Positions 9,941 to 19,236 of a stretch of DNA of 64,000 bases are shown piece by piece (position 1 is the first letter of the stretch; every line of letters begins with the position of its first letter). The stretch lies in assembly GCA_965214605.1 (NCBI GenBank), contig OZ243961.1, positions 1,152,001 through 1,216,000 of the forward strand, written 5' to 3'. Origin of the DNA: an uncultured Candidatus Binatia bacterium. Lineage in GTDB: Bacteria; Desulfobacterota; Binatia; Bin18. The notes under the pieces are model-generated. The model did no database searches. It saw only the letters and a list, made by a program, of their open reading frames with translations, and was not told the origin of the DNA. The position numbers and the translations under genes are program-made.

Positions 9941-10498
9941 TCAGCCAACGCGAGTTTGTCGCTCACGACCAAGGGTCACGATCCGCAACGTCCCGTCAAC
10001 CTGTTCGAGCACCGTACAGGAGCAGTGATCCGGTTCAAAACACACCATCCGCTCATCTTTCCTCGCCACCCCCACCGCAGCATTGATGGCCACAAAATGG
10101 GTCGTGATCAAGCTCGACGTTTGTAGGCTGCACAGAAAAGCGACCAGGTGCTCCTTCCAGTCCTGATAGAACTGCGGCAGGTCACTCCAGCGGCCGCGCA
10201 AGGCGCGGCGAATCCAGGCCGCGCGTTCGGCAAGATCTTGGCCAGGCGAAGGAATTTCGGCCACCACAGGCTCAATCCGCGCCTCACACTTCCACCTCCT
10301 CTCAAACGGAACGGCGGTATCGCGGGCGCGCTGCAGCGGACTGCTAATCAGAGACAGGCGGCCGAGCGGTTCGAGCCGTTTTGCCAGGGCTGCTGCCTGG
10401 CGGTGTCCAAGCTCATTGAGTCCAGGGTCTGGATCTTCCCCAAATCCGGCTTGAGGCTGGCCGTGGCGGACGAGGTAGAGTTTGGGAGAAGACGGCAT
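9941..10498 (-). CDS. Histidine phosphatase family protein
   Basis: LYLVRHG, SSPLQRARDTA and THF motifs. Confidence 0.88.
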   Translation of the reverse strand: MPSSPKLYLVRHGQPQAGFGEDPDPGLNELGHRQAAALAKRLEPLGRLSLISSPLQRARDTAVPFERRWKCEARIEPVVAEIPSPGQDLAERAAWIRRALRGRWSDLPQFYQDWKEHLVAFLCSLQTSSLITTHFVAINAAVGVARKDERMVCFEPDHCSCTVLEQVDGTLRIVTLGRERQTRVG

Positions 10499-10673
10499 CG
10501 TGTATTCCTTTCGTGCCAAAAAATGGGCAGCCATGTTGCTTTTCGGGGGAGGGTGAGAACCTCTTGTTCGGCCTTAGAGTTATCCACTAGGTGGCTCAGC
10601 AAGGATACTTTTGCCTAAAAAATCAGGGCCAGATGGCCGCTTCAGGGCCCTCCCCAGTGCAGGTACTCCAGTG

Positions 10674-10688
10674 TGGCACGATACATGC
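10674..10688 (+). promoter_or_regulatory. Putative sigma54 (-24/-12) promoter
   Basis: TGGCACG-ATAC-ATGC about 55 bp upstream of the ATP-grasp pseudogene start. Confidence 0.55.
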
Positions 10689-10742
10689 CTTTTCTCTACT
10701 GTACGATGCCTCCACACTCACCCGGCAGGACAGGGAGAGACC

Positions 10743-11760
10743 ATGTATGACGCATGGGAGGGCTGGCTATGCCCGGGGGGTGACGCAATGTTCCCTCCTG
10801 AGGGGACACCGCGGCCAGCTGCAGAATTACTGCCGGAAAAGATTCAAGGTCTGCCCGATGGAGAAATTCTCCGTCTGCAGGAAGCGGCCGAAGGCACTCT
10901 GCTGAATATGGGATTCACCTCATAGCAGCTATAGCGACGGGACTGGGATGGAAAAAATCGGGCCGTTTGATCCACTGCCACGGATCATTGACGCACCGGA
11001 GCGGGCGGACATGGGTTGAGCGTGGCCTCAAGCAGCGCCGACAGACCCTAAAACTTTTCATCGACGCTATTTACCACGACTCAAAAATCTTCAAGGACAG
11101 CGTTATCCTCGAAGAGACTGTTCGGCCACCAGGGTTCGCCCCTCGTGTGTCAGCCTTGATCCCTCGTGAGACCTGGGGTGCCATATTACTGTCACCGAAT
11201 CCGAGACCGCGACAGCCAAATCTCCATCTTGGAAGATAACCTTCGCTGCCCATCCGAGGCCTCCTAGGGACTTCACTGACAGCCCATGAAGCGGACCTTC
11301 CCTTGGTCTTTGAAGCCTCTCAGAGCCGCCCGGTTGGGACTTACCCGGACCGCCCCGCTGTCCTTAGCCCCAGGCTCGCCTGAACACGCAAACGGTCGCA
11401 GCGGTGCTCCAACTCAGCCTCTTTTGAGTCTTCGTTTCCAGCTTAGCAAACGGGTGTTGAGTCGGGCGAGAGGGGGGGGGGGACAGCCAACGGATTTGTC
11501 CAAACGCGAACGCCCCTAGGGAGCGAGCGTGTTGTCTTGCCGGATTGATGATGATTTTCTTGATCCAAAGGGCGGGGCTGACTCAATGTCCGGCATCCTG
11601 GGCATCATGGATGTCTACAAAGCTGGCCCCATCGGTCGACGCCTCCGGCACGGACATTACCGACGAGAAGGTCATCTGCGGCTATGTACAATCTGTCTGT
11701 GTCGGGAAGCCTCTAAATCGCCACTGCGCCTTGGAGCATTTTGAGCAGGATCGAAGAGGG
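10743..11760 (+). pseudogene. Circularly permuted type 2 ATP-grasp protein, fragmented
   Basis: Collinear fragments in several frames: LQEAAEGTLLNMGFT; GMEKIGPFDPLPRII; VERGLKQRRQTLKLFIDAIYHD; CHITVT; ILEDNLRCPS; MKRTFP; RIDDDFLDP; GIMDVYKAG; ASGTDITDEKVICGYV. Confidence 0.85.
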
Positions 11761-11819
11761 CATAGTTTGCTGTCTAGGCCAATTGGCGGATCTATCCCAG
11801 CAGCCGGGGGATTGGCCGA

Positions 11820-12704
11820 TTAGGCCCGTTTTGCCTCGACCGCCACCTCCAGACTATGCGTCCCACCACCGAAGGCCACCCCTTTTAAGGGCGTCACATC
11901 GCTGTAATCTCGACCCCAGGCCAGGACGACATGTTGGTCGGTTGGAATCAGGTTATTGGTCGGATCAAAATCCACCCAGCCCTGACCAGGGCTGTAGACC
12001 GACACCCAGGCGTGGGAAGCCGCGGCTCCAATCAAGGACGCCGAGTTAGCCTGGCCAGACGCTGGCACGGTTTCGAGATAGCCGCTGACATAGCGGGCGG
12101 CCAGGCCTAAGGATCGAAGACACGCAATAGCCAGCTGAGCATAATCCTGACACACCCCCCGGCGATGGGACAAGACCTCGTAGACCGAAGTCGCCGCGTT
12201 GGTGAAGTCAGGGTCATAGGTCAGGTCGTGATATATGCGCTCCATCAGCTCGCGGACCGCTTTGAGCAGGCAGCGTCCAGACGAGAACGACGGGGCGGCA
12301 TATTCGGCAAAAGCCGAGGCGGCAGCGATCATTGGAGAGTCCAAAACAAATTGACGGGCGGTCAGCTGCTCCGGGGCGAGATTGTGGAGCAGATCCCGGC
12401 CGACTTCCTCCCAGGCCAGCGAAGCCTCCAACGGGGGAGACGCAACAGGACTGAGCAGCACCGTGCTCGACGCGCTTACCTCAAGCACGGTATGAGATTC
12501 CTGGATCGCAAAGTAGACCACCCGGTTGCCAAAAAAATCCTCACGTTCCTGATACACCGTCGGGACCGGATTGATCCGGAGTTGGCTGGTCTGACACTGT
12601 TGGCGCTCAAAAGAGCGCGGCAACAGATAGGCTTCATTCTGACAGTGCGAGACCGGCAGACTATAGCGATAGCGGGTCGTATGGAGGACGGTGTAGGGAA
12701 TCAT
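11820..12704 (-). CDS. Transglutaminase family protein (Bact_transglu_N + core)
   Basis: HTTRYRY N-terminus, GVCQDYA (catalytic Cys), ARYVSGY, SHAW, FDPTN, GRDYSDV. Confidence 0.93.
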   Translation of the reverse strand: MIPYTVLHTTRYRYSLPVSHCQNEAYLLPRSFERQQCQTSQLRINPVPTVYQEREDFFGNRVVYFAIQESHTVLEVSASSTVLLSPVASPPLEASLAWEEVGRDLLHNLAPEQLTARQFVLDSPMIAAASAFAEYAAPSFSSGRCLLKAVRELMERIYHDLTYDPDFTNAATSVYEVLSHRRGVCQDYAQLAIACLRSLGLAARYVSGYLETVPASGQANSASLIGAAASHAWVSVYSPGQGWVDFDPTNNLIPTDQHVVLAWGRDYSDVTPLKGVAFGGGTHSLEVAVEAKRA

Positions 12705-15244
12705 ATCCGATGTCCCATCAATTGTTGTTGGGCTTCGATATGGCTGAAGTAGGTCTGACTCAGGGCGTCGGAAAGGGCTAGCAGAAAGGCTCCGAGCTGG
12801 GCAAACAGTTCGTCTAGCTTTTCATACACCGGCTCTTCCCACACCGTCTGCGACAGCCCCTCAATATCCGTTGTGCGCAGCTTGGTCAGGGCTTGCAGCG
12901 CGAGGCGCTGGACCGGGCTGCGGTGCGGCAAGCTGGCCTTGCGAGGCAAGCGCTCGGCATGCTCCTGGAGGCGGACGAGCTGATAGCCGAGCGAGCGGGG
13001 GTTGCTCTCATCGTGCAATAACAGGTCGAGCACAGCCTGGGCGTCTATCTGGCTGTAATAGCGCCGCCGATAGGTCCGTCGGCTGTCGGTCATGGTCAGC
13101 ACCACCTCCCACAGGCCACTCTGACCGCCAGTTGTCATCTCGCAGGCGATATGCAGCAGACTGATGGAGTGCAGGGCACGTTCCAGCCGCCGGCCCATCT
13201 CCAGAAATCGAAAACCTTGGCCCCGGATCATGTTTTCAGCCATCAGCCCGGTAAAGGCGGCCAGCCCGGCGATCACCCGAGACAGGCTTTGCAAGGTCTG
13301 CTCCAGGCTCAGCCCCGAGGAGAGATCCCGGTCAAGCGTGTGCAGCATCCGGACCGTATCGTCGGATAGACGATCACGGACTGTCCGCTCGGCCTGCAAC
13401 AGGGCGTCAAGCGTAAAACGCAAACTGCCCGGGCGCGTCGGCTCAAGGATGACCGCCAGCAGCTCGGGCTCGTCAGCCACCAACCGCCGGTTGACGCCAT
13501 GGCTCACCAGGTGCAGATAAGTCACTGCTTGATGGGTCACCGCGGACAACAATCCCGGCAAATAGGTATCATGATGGACGACCTCGGTGTCCAGCAGACG
13601 CGACAACATCTCCCGATACACTCGGGCGCTGCTCTCCATGCGCTCGGTATAGCGTCCGAGCCAAAACAGATTATCGGCCACTCGGCTCGGAATCTCTCCG
13701 CCACTCCGTGTCAGGGCAACCGGCCGCTCGGTCGAGGGCAACAGACTCACTGTCTGTTCGGGCTCTGAGGCCAAGACCCAGATATCCTTACTCACCCCGC
13801 TATCGTGACTCGACACCTGCCAGACATCCGGGTCGGGCGCCACCCGCGCCAGCCCACCTGGCATCACCACATAACCATCGTTCCGCGCCACCAAAAAACT
13901 GCGCAACATCAGGGGACGCGGTGCCAGTCTCCCATCCACAAAAGTCGGGGCGGTGGACACCGTAATCGGCTCTTGAGCAACGTAACGGTGCGGCTGAGCT
14001 TTGATGCGGGCCATGAGGGCTTCTCGCTCGGCCGCGGACAGCTGAGCACCAAAGACAGCTTCAGAGCCGGCATGCGGAACGGTCGGTTTAATCACCAGAC
14101 GCTCCAGATGGGCTAGCACATAGCGCCGCTCCTCCTCCCCACCACACCACCAAGTGGCAACAGACGGCAGGTGCAAATCCTGTCCCAGGAGTTCTCTGCA
14201 GAGGACCGGCAAAAAGGCCAGCAGACCAGGATTTTCGAGGATGCCGACGCCCAGCGGATTGGCAACTACGGTCTGATGCGTGCGCGTCACTTGGACCAGC
14301 CCAGGGATGCCCAGCAGCGAGTCTTTGCACAGCTCCAGCGGATCACAAAACGTATCGTCAACCCGCCGCAATACGGCGTCAACCCGCTGGAGGCCGTCCA
14401 GGGTTTTGAGCCACAGACACCCGTCTCGGACGGTCAAATCGCTCCCCTGGGCCAAGGTGTAGTCGAGGTATTGGGCGACATAAGCGTGTTCAAAATAGGC
14501 CGCGTTCCCCGGCCCCGGCGTCAACAACACAGTCCGGCCCGGCTCCTCTCGGTGGGGGACTAGGGTGGCCAGGGAGCTGCGCAAGGCCCGAAAATACAGG
14601 GCCAAGCGATGGACATGGGCATCACGGTACAAACTCGGAAAGACCCGCGATAGGGTCAGTCGGTTCTCCAGGGCATAGCCGGCACCTGAGGGCGCTTGGG
14701 TCCGGTCGTCAATGATCCGTATACTGCCGTCACGGGAGCGGACAAAATCAGCCGCATAGGAAAACAGAAAACGCCCGGACGGCGGACTGATAGTGACACA
14801 GGCGCGTAAAAATCCGGGATGGCTATAGATCAAATCAAGCGGCAAGAAGCCCTGTCTGACAAGTTTCTGTGGGCCATACAGGTCGGCCAGAATAAGATTA
14901 TACAGCTCAGCGCGCTGAATCAGACCGCGTTCAATACCGCTCCACTCCTGGCTAGTCAGCAGGACCGGGATCAGATCAAGCGCCCACGGCCGCTCCCCGC
15001 CTCGAGTATCCGAGTGCGCATTATAGGTAACCCCGTTTTCGTGCAGCAGGCGGCGGACTTCCCGTTCGCGTCCCAGCAGGGCCCGAGATCCAAGGGCGTC
15101 CAAGGCGTGAATAACATATTTCCAGTGGGAACGCGGCTGTTGGGGGGCCGCGCATAGTTCGTCGTAGCTCCCCGTCGGGGCCTGATAAGCCGCAAGAAGA
15201 CTGATGGGTGCCGGGGCCGGAACGGCGAGGTCCGCGTCAAGCAT
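12701..15244 (-). CDS. Circularly permuted type 2 ATP-grasp protein fused to an alpha-E domain
   Basis: DRTQAPSGAGYALENR, TPGP, YFEHAY, RRVDDTFCDPL, MPGGLAR, KDIWV, followed by alpha-E motifs ADNLFWLGRYTER, GRRLER and NPRS. Confidence 0.93.
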   Translation of the reverse strand: MLDADLAVPAPAPISLLAAYQAPTGSYDELCAAPQQPRSHWKYVIHALDALGSRALLGREREVRRLLHENGVTYNAHSDTRGGERPWALDLIPVLLTSQEWSGIERGLIQRAELYNLILADLYGPQKLVRQGFLPLDLIYSHPGFLRACVTISPPSGRFLFSYAADFVRSRDGSIRIIDDRTQAPSGAGYALENRLTLSRVFPSLYRDAHVHRLALYFRALRSSLATLVPHREEPGRTVLLTPGPGNAAYFEHAYVAQYLDYTLAQGSDLTVRDGCLWLKTLDGLQRVDAVLRRVDDTFCDPLELCKDSLLGIPGLVQVTRTHQTVVANPLGVGILENPGLLAFLPVLCRELLGQDLHLPSVATWWCGGEEERRYVLAHLERLVIKPTVPHAGSEAVFGAQLSAAEREALMARIKAQPHRYVAQEPITVSTAPTFVDGRLAPRPLMLRSFLVARNDGYVVMPGGLARVAPDPDVWQVSSHDSGVSKDIWVLASEPEQTVSLLPSTERPVALTRSGGEIPSRVADNLFWLGRYTERMESSARVYREMLSRLLDTEVVHHDTYLPGLLSAVTHQAVTYLHLVSHGVNRRLVADEPELLAVILEPTRPGSLRFTLDALLQAERTVRDRLSDDTVRMLHTLDRDLSSGLSLEQTLQSLSRVIAGLAAFTGLMAENMIRGQGFRFLEMGRRLERALHSISLLHIACEMTTGGQSGLWEVVLTMTDSRRTYRRRYYSQIDAQAVLDLLLHDESNPRSLGYQLVRLQEHAERLPRKASLPHRSPVQRLALQALTKLRTTDIEGLSQTVWEEPVYEKLDELFAQLGAFLLALSDALSQTYFSHIEAQQQLMGHRI

Positions 15245-15560
15245 TGTATGTTCTCTCCACTCTGCCCGCCGAGTGTGGACTATTTAATCATCGGCATACT
15301 GCTGACTCAAGATCAGGCGACTGTTCCTCCAACAGCAGCCTGCTGATGAAAAAACGAGCAGGTTTGACAGCGGCCCACCGTCAAACGGGCATATTTCCCA
15401 GTCTCAGAGCCGAACCATGCTGGCACGATATCTGCAAGGGAAAAGCTGTGCGACCGGAGCAGATAGTGGAGAAGACGCCTCAGCCCTCTTGGCTTCTCTC
15501 TGCTATAGTGGGGGATGGTGTCTCTCTCCTGCACCATCCCCCTATTCTTGCGCTCATAAT

Positions 15561-15590
15561 AAAAAGGGCAGCCCCTTTGGGCTGCCCTGC
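15561..15590 (-). terminator. Rho-independent terminator downstream of phaC
   Basis: On the minus strand GGGCAGCCC-AAAG-GGGCTGCCC is followed by a T-tract. Confidence 0.8.
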
Positions 15591-15624
15591 TCTTAGTCTT
15601 GGCTGAAGCGGCGTGTCAAGAGTA

Positions 15625-15677
15625 GACCCACCGCGCTCCTTAGTGACCCACCGCGCTCCTTAGTGACCCACCGCGCT
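15625..15677. repeat. 20-bp tandem repeat (GACCCACCGCGCTCCTTAGT, about 2.6 copies) covering the phaC stop codon
   Basis: Units read directly at 15625, 15645 and 15665 (partial). Confidence 0.9.
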
Positions 15678-16745
15678 GTCTCGCTCACGCAGCCACGTCC
15701 CGACCTGTGGCCAGAGTTTTCTCTGCGCTCCGGTACTGACCGCAGCCCCGATATGCCCGGTCGGAAAGATCAGGTTGGTTGCGTCTTCACTGCCGACTAG
15801 ATCGACTAGGGGCAGGCTGGACTGCGGGTGAACCACATCATCGTGCTGGCCGATCACATTCAGCACTGGACAGGTAATATTCTGAAGATCAACGGTTTGA
15901 CCCCGAATCTGGAACTCACTCTTGATCAGGGCATTTTTCTCATTCAGCTCTTCGATCATCTCGCGGAAGATCCGACCTGCCATCGGCACGTCGCTGTTCA
16001 TCCACTTCTCGAACAGGTCGAACATCTGGACGTAATCTTTGTTCTCTTTGCCCCGATACAAGCCGATATATTTATCCAACGCATGATGGACTGGGGCCAT
16101 TGCGTCAAAAGAGGCTTTCATAAACCAGGACGGACAGTTGCCGTACACATCGGTTACCAGCTTCAGGGTTTCGGGCGAAATCTTTTCCATGAGCGTCTGG
16201 ATCGGCAGCTCACGGACGTTCATGTCGAGCGGCAGGGTAAAGTTAATGAGATTCTTGACTTGGTCCGGATACAAGGCGGTGTACATCGTGGTCAGCAGGC
16301 CGCCAAAGCAGTAGCCGAGCAGCGATACCTGATCGACACCCTCACGAATCTGGATGGCCCGCACCGCATTAGCGAGGTCGCCGTTGACATAGGCGTCAAA
16401 GCCACGCCAACTGTCGACCTGGGTCGGCGGAACCCAGTCGATAAAATAGACCTCCAGCCCGTTCTTGGTCAGGGTTTCAACCACGCTACGGCCAGGCAGC
16501 AGATCCAGAATGAACGGCCGCTTGACCAACGAGTAGCAAATCAGGATTGGAGTAGCCAAAGGCTCACCAATAGCCGGGTAGTAGCGCAGACGGATTTTGC
16601 CGCCCTCGTAGACCAGCTCATACGAGGTGGTCGGAGGTGGGTCTTCCTCGGCCGGATACGCCTCGCCCACCCCGCGTCGAAAACCGTGCAGGCTGCGCAC
16701 CGTGCCTTCAAGCAAATATTTCGGAAGTTCAGTGAGTAAAGACAT
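15660..16745 (-). CDS. phaC: Class III-type poly(3-hydroxyalkanoate) synthase subunit
   Basis: Lipase box GYCFGG, ILDLLPGRSVV, DDVVHP (Asp) and GHIG (His); start reassigned to MSLLTELPKY. Confidence 0.88.
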   Translation of the reverse strand: MSLLTELPKYLLEGTVRSLHGFRRGVGEAYPAEEDPPPTTSYELVYEGGKIRLRYYPAIGEPLATPILICYSLVKRPFILDLLPGRSVVETLTKNGLEVYFIDWVPPTQVDSWRGFDAYVNGDLANAVRAIQIREGVDQVSLLGYCFGGLLTTMYTALYPDQVKNLINFTLPLDMNVRELPIQTLMEKISPETLKLVTDVYGNCPSWFMKASFDAMAPVHHALDKYIGLYRGKENKDYVQMFDLFEKWMNSDVPMAGRIFREMIEELNEKNALIKSEFQIRGQTVDLQNITCPVLNVIGQHDDVVHPQSSLPLVDLVGSEDATNLIFPTGHIGAAVSTGAQRKLWPQVGTWLRERDSAVGH

Positions 16746-16765
16746 GGTTCGGGTCCTCGTAGGGA

Positions 16766-17230
16766 TTAGGCCACCTTGCTGTGGAGCTGGACCACCTCGC
16801 TGGGCTTGGCCGCGGGGTTGACTTTCGGTTTGATCTGCAACTCGACCGGTTGGACCTTCTCGGCCAGGGCTTGGACCTCTGCACGCAGGGCTTGGACCTC
16901 TGCAGCGGTGGGCAGACCCACGGCTCGCCACAGACCGGTGAAAAAAGCGCCGGTCAGCGCATCGCCGACCTTCTGCCAACGCAGGATTCCGTCCAGGGCC
17001 GCTGCCGCCGTCTCACCAACAAGCGGGTTGCGGTACAGATCGTCAATCGCCATTGAGGTGAGTTTGGCTGCAGCGTCATAGCCCTTCCAGGCCGCCCTAG
17101 CCGCCTCCTTTTCATCGCCCATCCCCAGTCCAATCCGTAACCCGGCGAACGGCAGATCCACCCACAGTGCCGTATAGGCGGTCAGGAACTCGTTCATCCC
17201 TTTCTTCATTGCTGTATCTGCCATACTCAT
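16766..17230 (-). CDS. PhaE-like PHA synthase partner subunit (short)
   Basis: Directly upstream of phaC; GLPTAAEVQAL followed by a coiled coil is typical of the PhaE C-terminus; strong SD before ATG 17230. Confidence 0.65.
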   Translation of the reverse strand: MSMADTAMKKGMNEFLTAYTALWVDLPFAGLRIGLGMGDEKEAARAAWKGYDAAAKLTSMAIDDLYRNPLVGETAAAALDGILRWQKVGDALTGAFFTGLWRAVGLPTAAEVQALRAEVQALAEKVQPVELQIKPKVNPAAKPSEVVQLHSKVA

Positions 17231-17419
17231 CTCCTTCTCCCTGTCAGGACTTTGCAGTTCATGCACGATAGGACAGCGTCTGCCGGTACTCAACAGAACG
17301 CCTGTCACCCAGGTGACTACAGTCGGCGTTTTTCCTACCTAACTGTATTTCGTGTCTCCTTCGTGACAAATCGATGAAATCTGAGTTGGACGTTGCTTGC
17401 CCTAAGATGAGGTATACAA

Positions 17420-17434
17420 GCAAGAATGATGCCG
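17420..17434 (-). promoter_or_regulatory. Putative sigma54 promoter for phaE-phaC
   Basis: Minus-strand CGGCATC-ATTC-TTGC with correct GG/GC spacing, about 190 bp upstream of the phaE-like start. Confidence 0.5.
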
Positions 17435-17608
17435 AAATCGGCCGTGTGAAAACGCCGCAATAAACATAACTTTTTGGGAAGAATGCGAAAAACAGCCACT
17501 GACCTGACCTTTACTGAGGCAGCAGACTGCTGCCTCAGCAACACCGCCCCGCCATGGGCTCGTGATGAGTAATTGGGAGAGCTTTTCTGCTGGCGAGAGC
17601 TTTCCTAC

Positions 17609-18097
17609 TCAGACCGCGACGACCGTCTCGACCTCCAGACTCAGCCGGTAGTCAATCGTCTCTTTGAGCAGTCCCTTGATGTAGCAGCCCTTTTCCGCCC
17701 GCTCGACGATCGCGCGGACCTGATCCTGAGACGCGCTGCTGCGGACAGTCAGCCTGACTTCAATCGTTTTCACAAAGCCTTTTTCATTCGTCCGGACCGA
17801 AATGGTCGCCCCGTCCAGCGGAACCCTCCGGGCCCGGGCTGTGATCTGCACCGACAGCAGCAGACAGCCGCACAGCGCCCCCAGAAAAGAGGTCACCGGG
17901 TCCGGTGCAGCCCCCCGCCCGCCCATCGCCCGCGGTTCGTCCAGCGTCCAGGCAAACGGTCCGGCCTGCACGTCAATGGTCAGGCTGTCGTGCTGCAGAG
18001 CGGCACAGGCATGACGAAAGCCGCCAGCCACCTTATGCGTCTGCTCAGGCGGCTTGTGCCAGCCTCGGACATAGGGACTGCGCGGTTCTTCATCCAT
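17609..18097 (-). CDS. OsmC family protein
   Basis: DEPRAMGG, PDPVTSFLGALCGC and AEKGCYI (conserved Cys pair). Confidence 0.85.
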   Translation of the reverse strand: MDEEPRSPYVRGWHKPPEQTHKVAGGFRHACAALQHDSLTIDVQAGPFAWTLDEPRAMGGRGAAPDPVTSFLGALCGCLLLSVQITARARRVPLDGATISVRTNEKGFVKTIEVRLTVRSSASQDQVRAIVERAEKGCYIKGLLKETIDYRLSLEVETVVAV

Positions 18098-19236
18098 GTC
18101 GTCCTCCTTGCCTCACACGATCTATTATACCGGAGCGGAACGCCCTGCAGAAAGACCCATCTCAATTAAAGTCCCAACCTGCCGACTCTACTATCAGTGC
18201 TTCATGAAGGAGACATGGAAGACCTGTCGGGAGAAGATACCGTGCTCAGACACTGCTACCCCCGCCCCGTGCGCCCTGACCGACCTTCGTCCTCCTCGTC
18301 CTGCCCGGTGGCGCAGCCCAGGGAGACGACTGTCCGGATTGAGAGAGAAGACTTCTGCAACTCCTTACATTCACTCCGAAAACCATTACCTCCTCACGTT
18401 TAAAAAAATCGGGGCCTCCGCCTCTAGAATGTACTATTACAGCCCAAACAGATGGATCGGCACTGTCGAAAAGACTCGCAAAACGACAGGATCCAGGGAC
18501 TCTGTCGCCAACGGCAAAATGTAACTCTAAACCGCCCCTCGACCAGATAAAAGAGGTGGTCAGAATGAACGAAAGACTTAGGGAGTTGTCGAAAGGGCCT
18601 GGCACTCCCGCCCGCCTGCCAAGTGTGGACGACTTTTCCTGAAAACCTTCATGCCCGAAGGCAAGAGGCTTGGTAGGTGGCCAGAAGCACAGGCCACTTT
18701 TTGATAGACTGTTTATGGACGATTTGCCACAAAGGACTCTCTCTTTCCCCCGTAGATTCACCTCCAGCAGATCATTCAAGGCGGCCAGCCTCGTCCATGG
18801 GGGGAACGCCGAAGGATTCGACCCCAGAACTTTCCTCCCCGCCTCGGGCACACCTGAAGGCATTTCCCTTGAGCCTGCCGCCGCTCATTGGCAAGGAAAT
18901 CGGAGCGCTTTTTTGAGGGAGAGAGGGGATTGACCTTCTCACCACTCCTTCCTCACTCCGGGTATCGCCTCTTTTCGGAGGGGCCCTTTTCCAAGAAGCC
19001 CCAGCTTCTTTATTTCAACCTCACCCCGATACCGTCTCGCGGACTTTGACAGTCCGGGGGGAATTCTCGCCGAGATTTTTGCGCTGTTCACTAATCGCCT
19101 CCAAGTTTCTCTCTGCTTCTAAGTTCTTGACACCTTGGGGGAAGCCTATGCGAAGCAAAACAAGCAGGGGTTTGCACGCCGGGCGGCGTTCGTGTATGGA
19201 ACACATTGCCGCCGAGCGGAGGGCGCACGCTCATCT

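Noticed and set aside
15625-15677. Possible CRISPR array
   Set aside because: The repeats are contiguous with no spacers, and no cas genes are present.
15828-16739. Long antisense ORFs (also 46560-47381, 40152-40844 and 58857-59483)
   Set aside because: Shadow ORFs opposite well-supported genes in GC-rich DNA.
18150-19130. ORFs 18246-18863 and neighbours as real genes
   Set aside because: No recognisable motifs in any frame; likely degraded sequence that I cannot assign.
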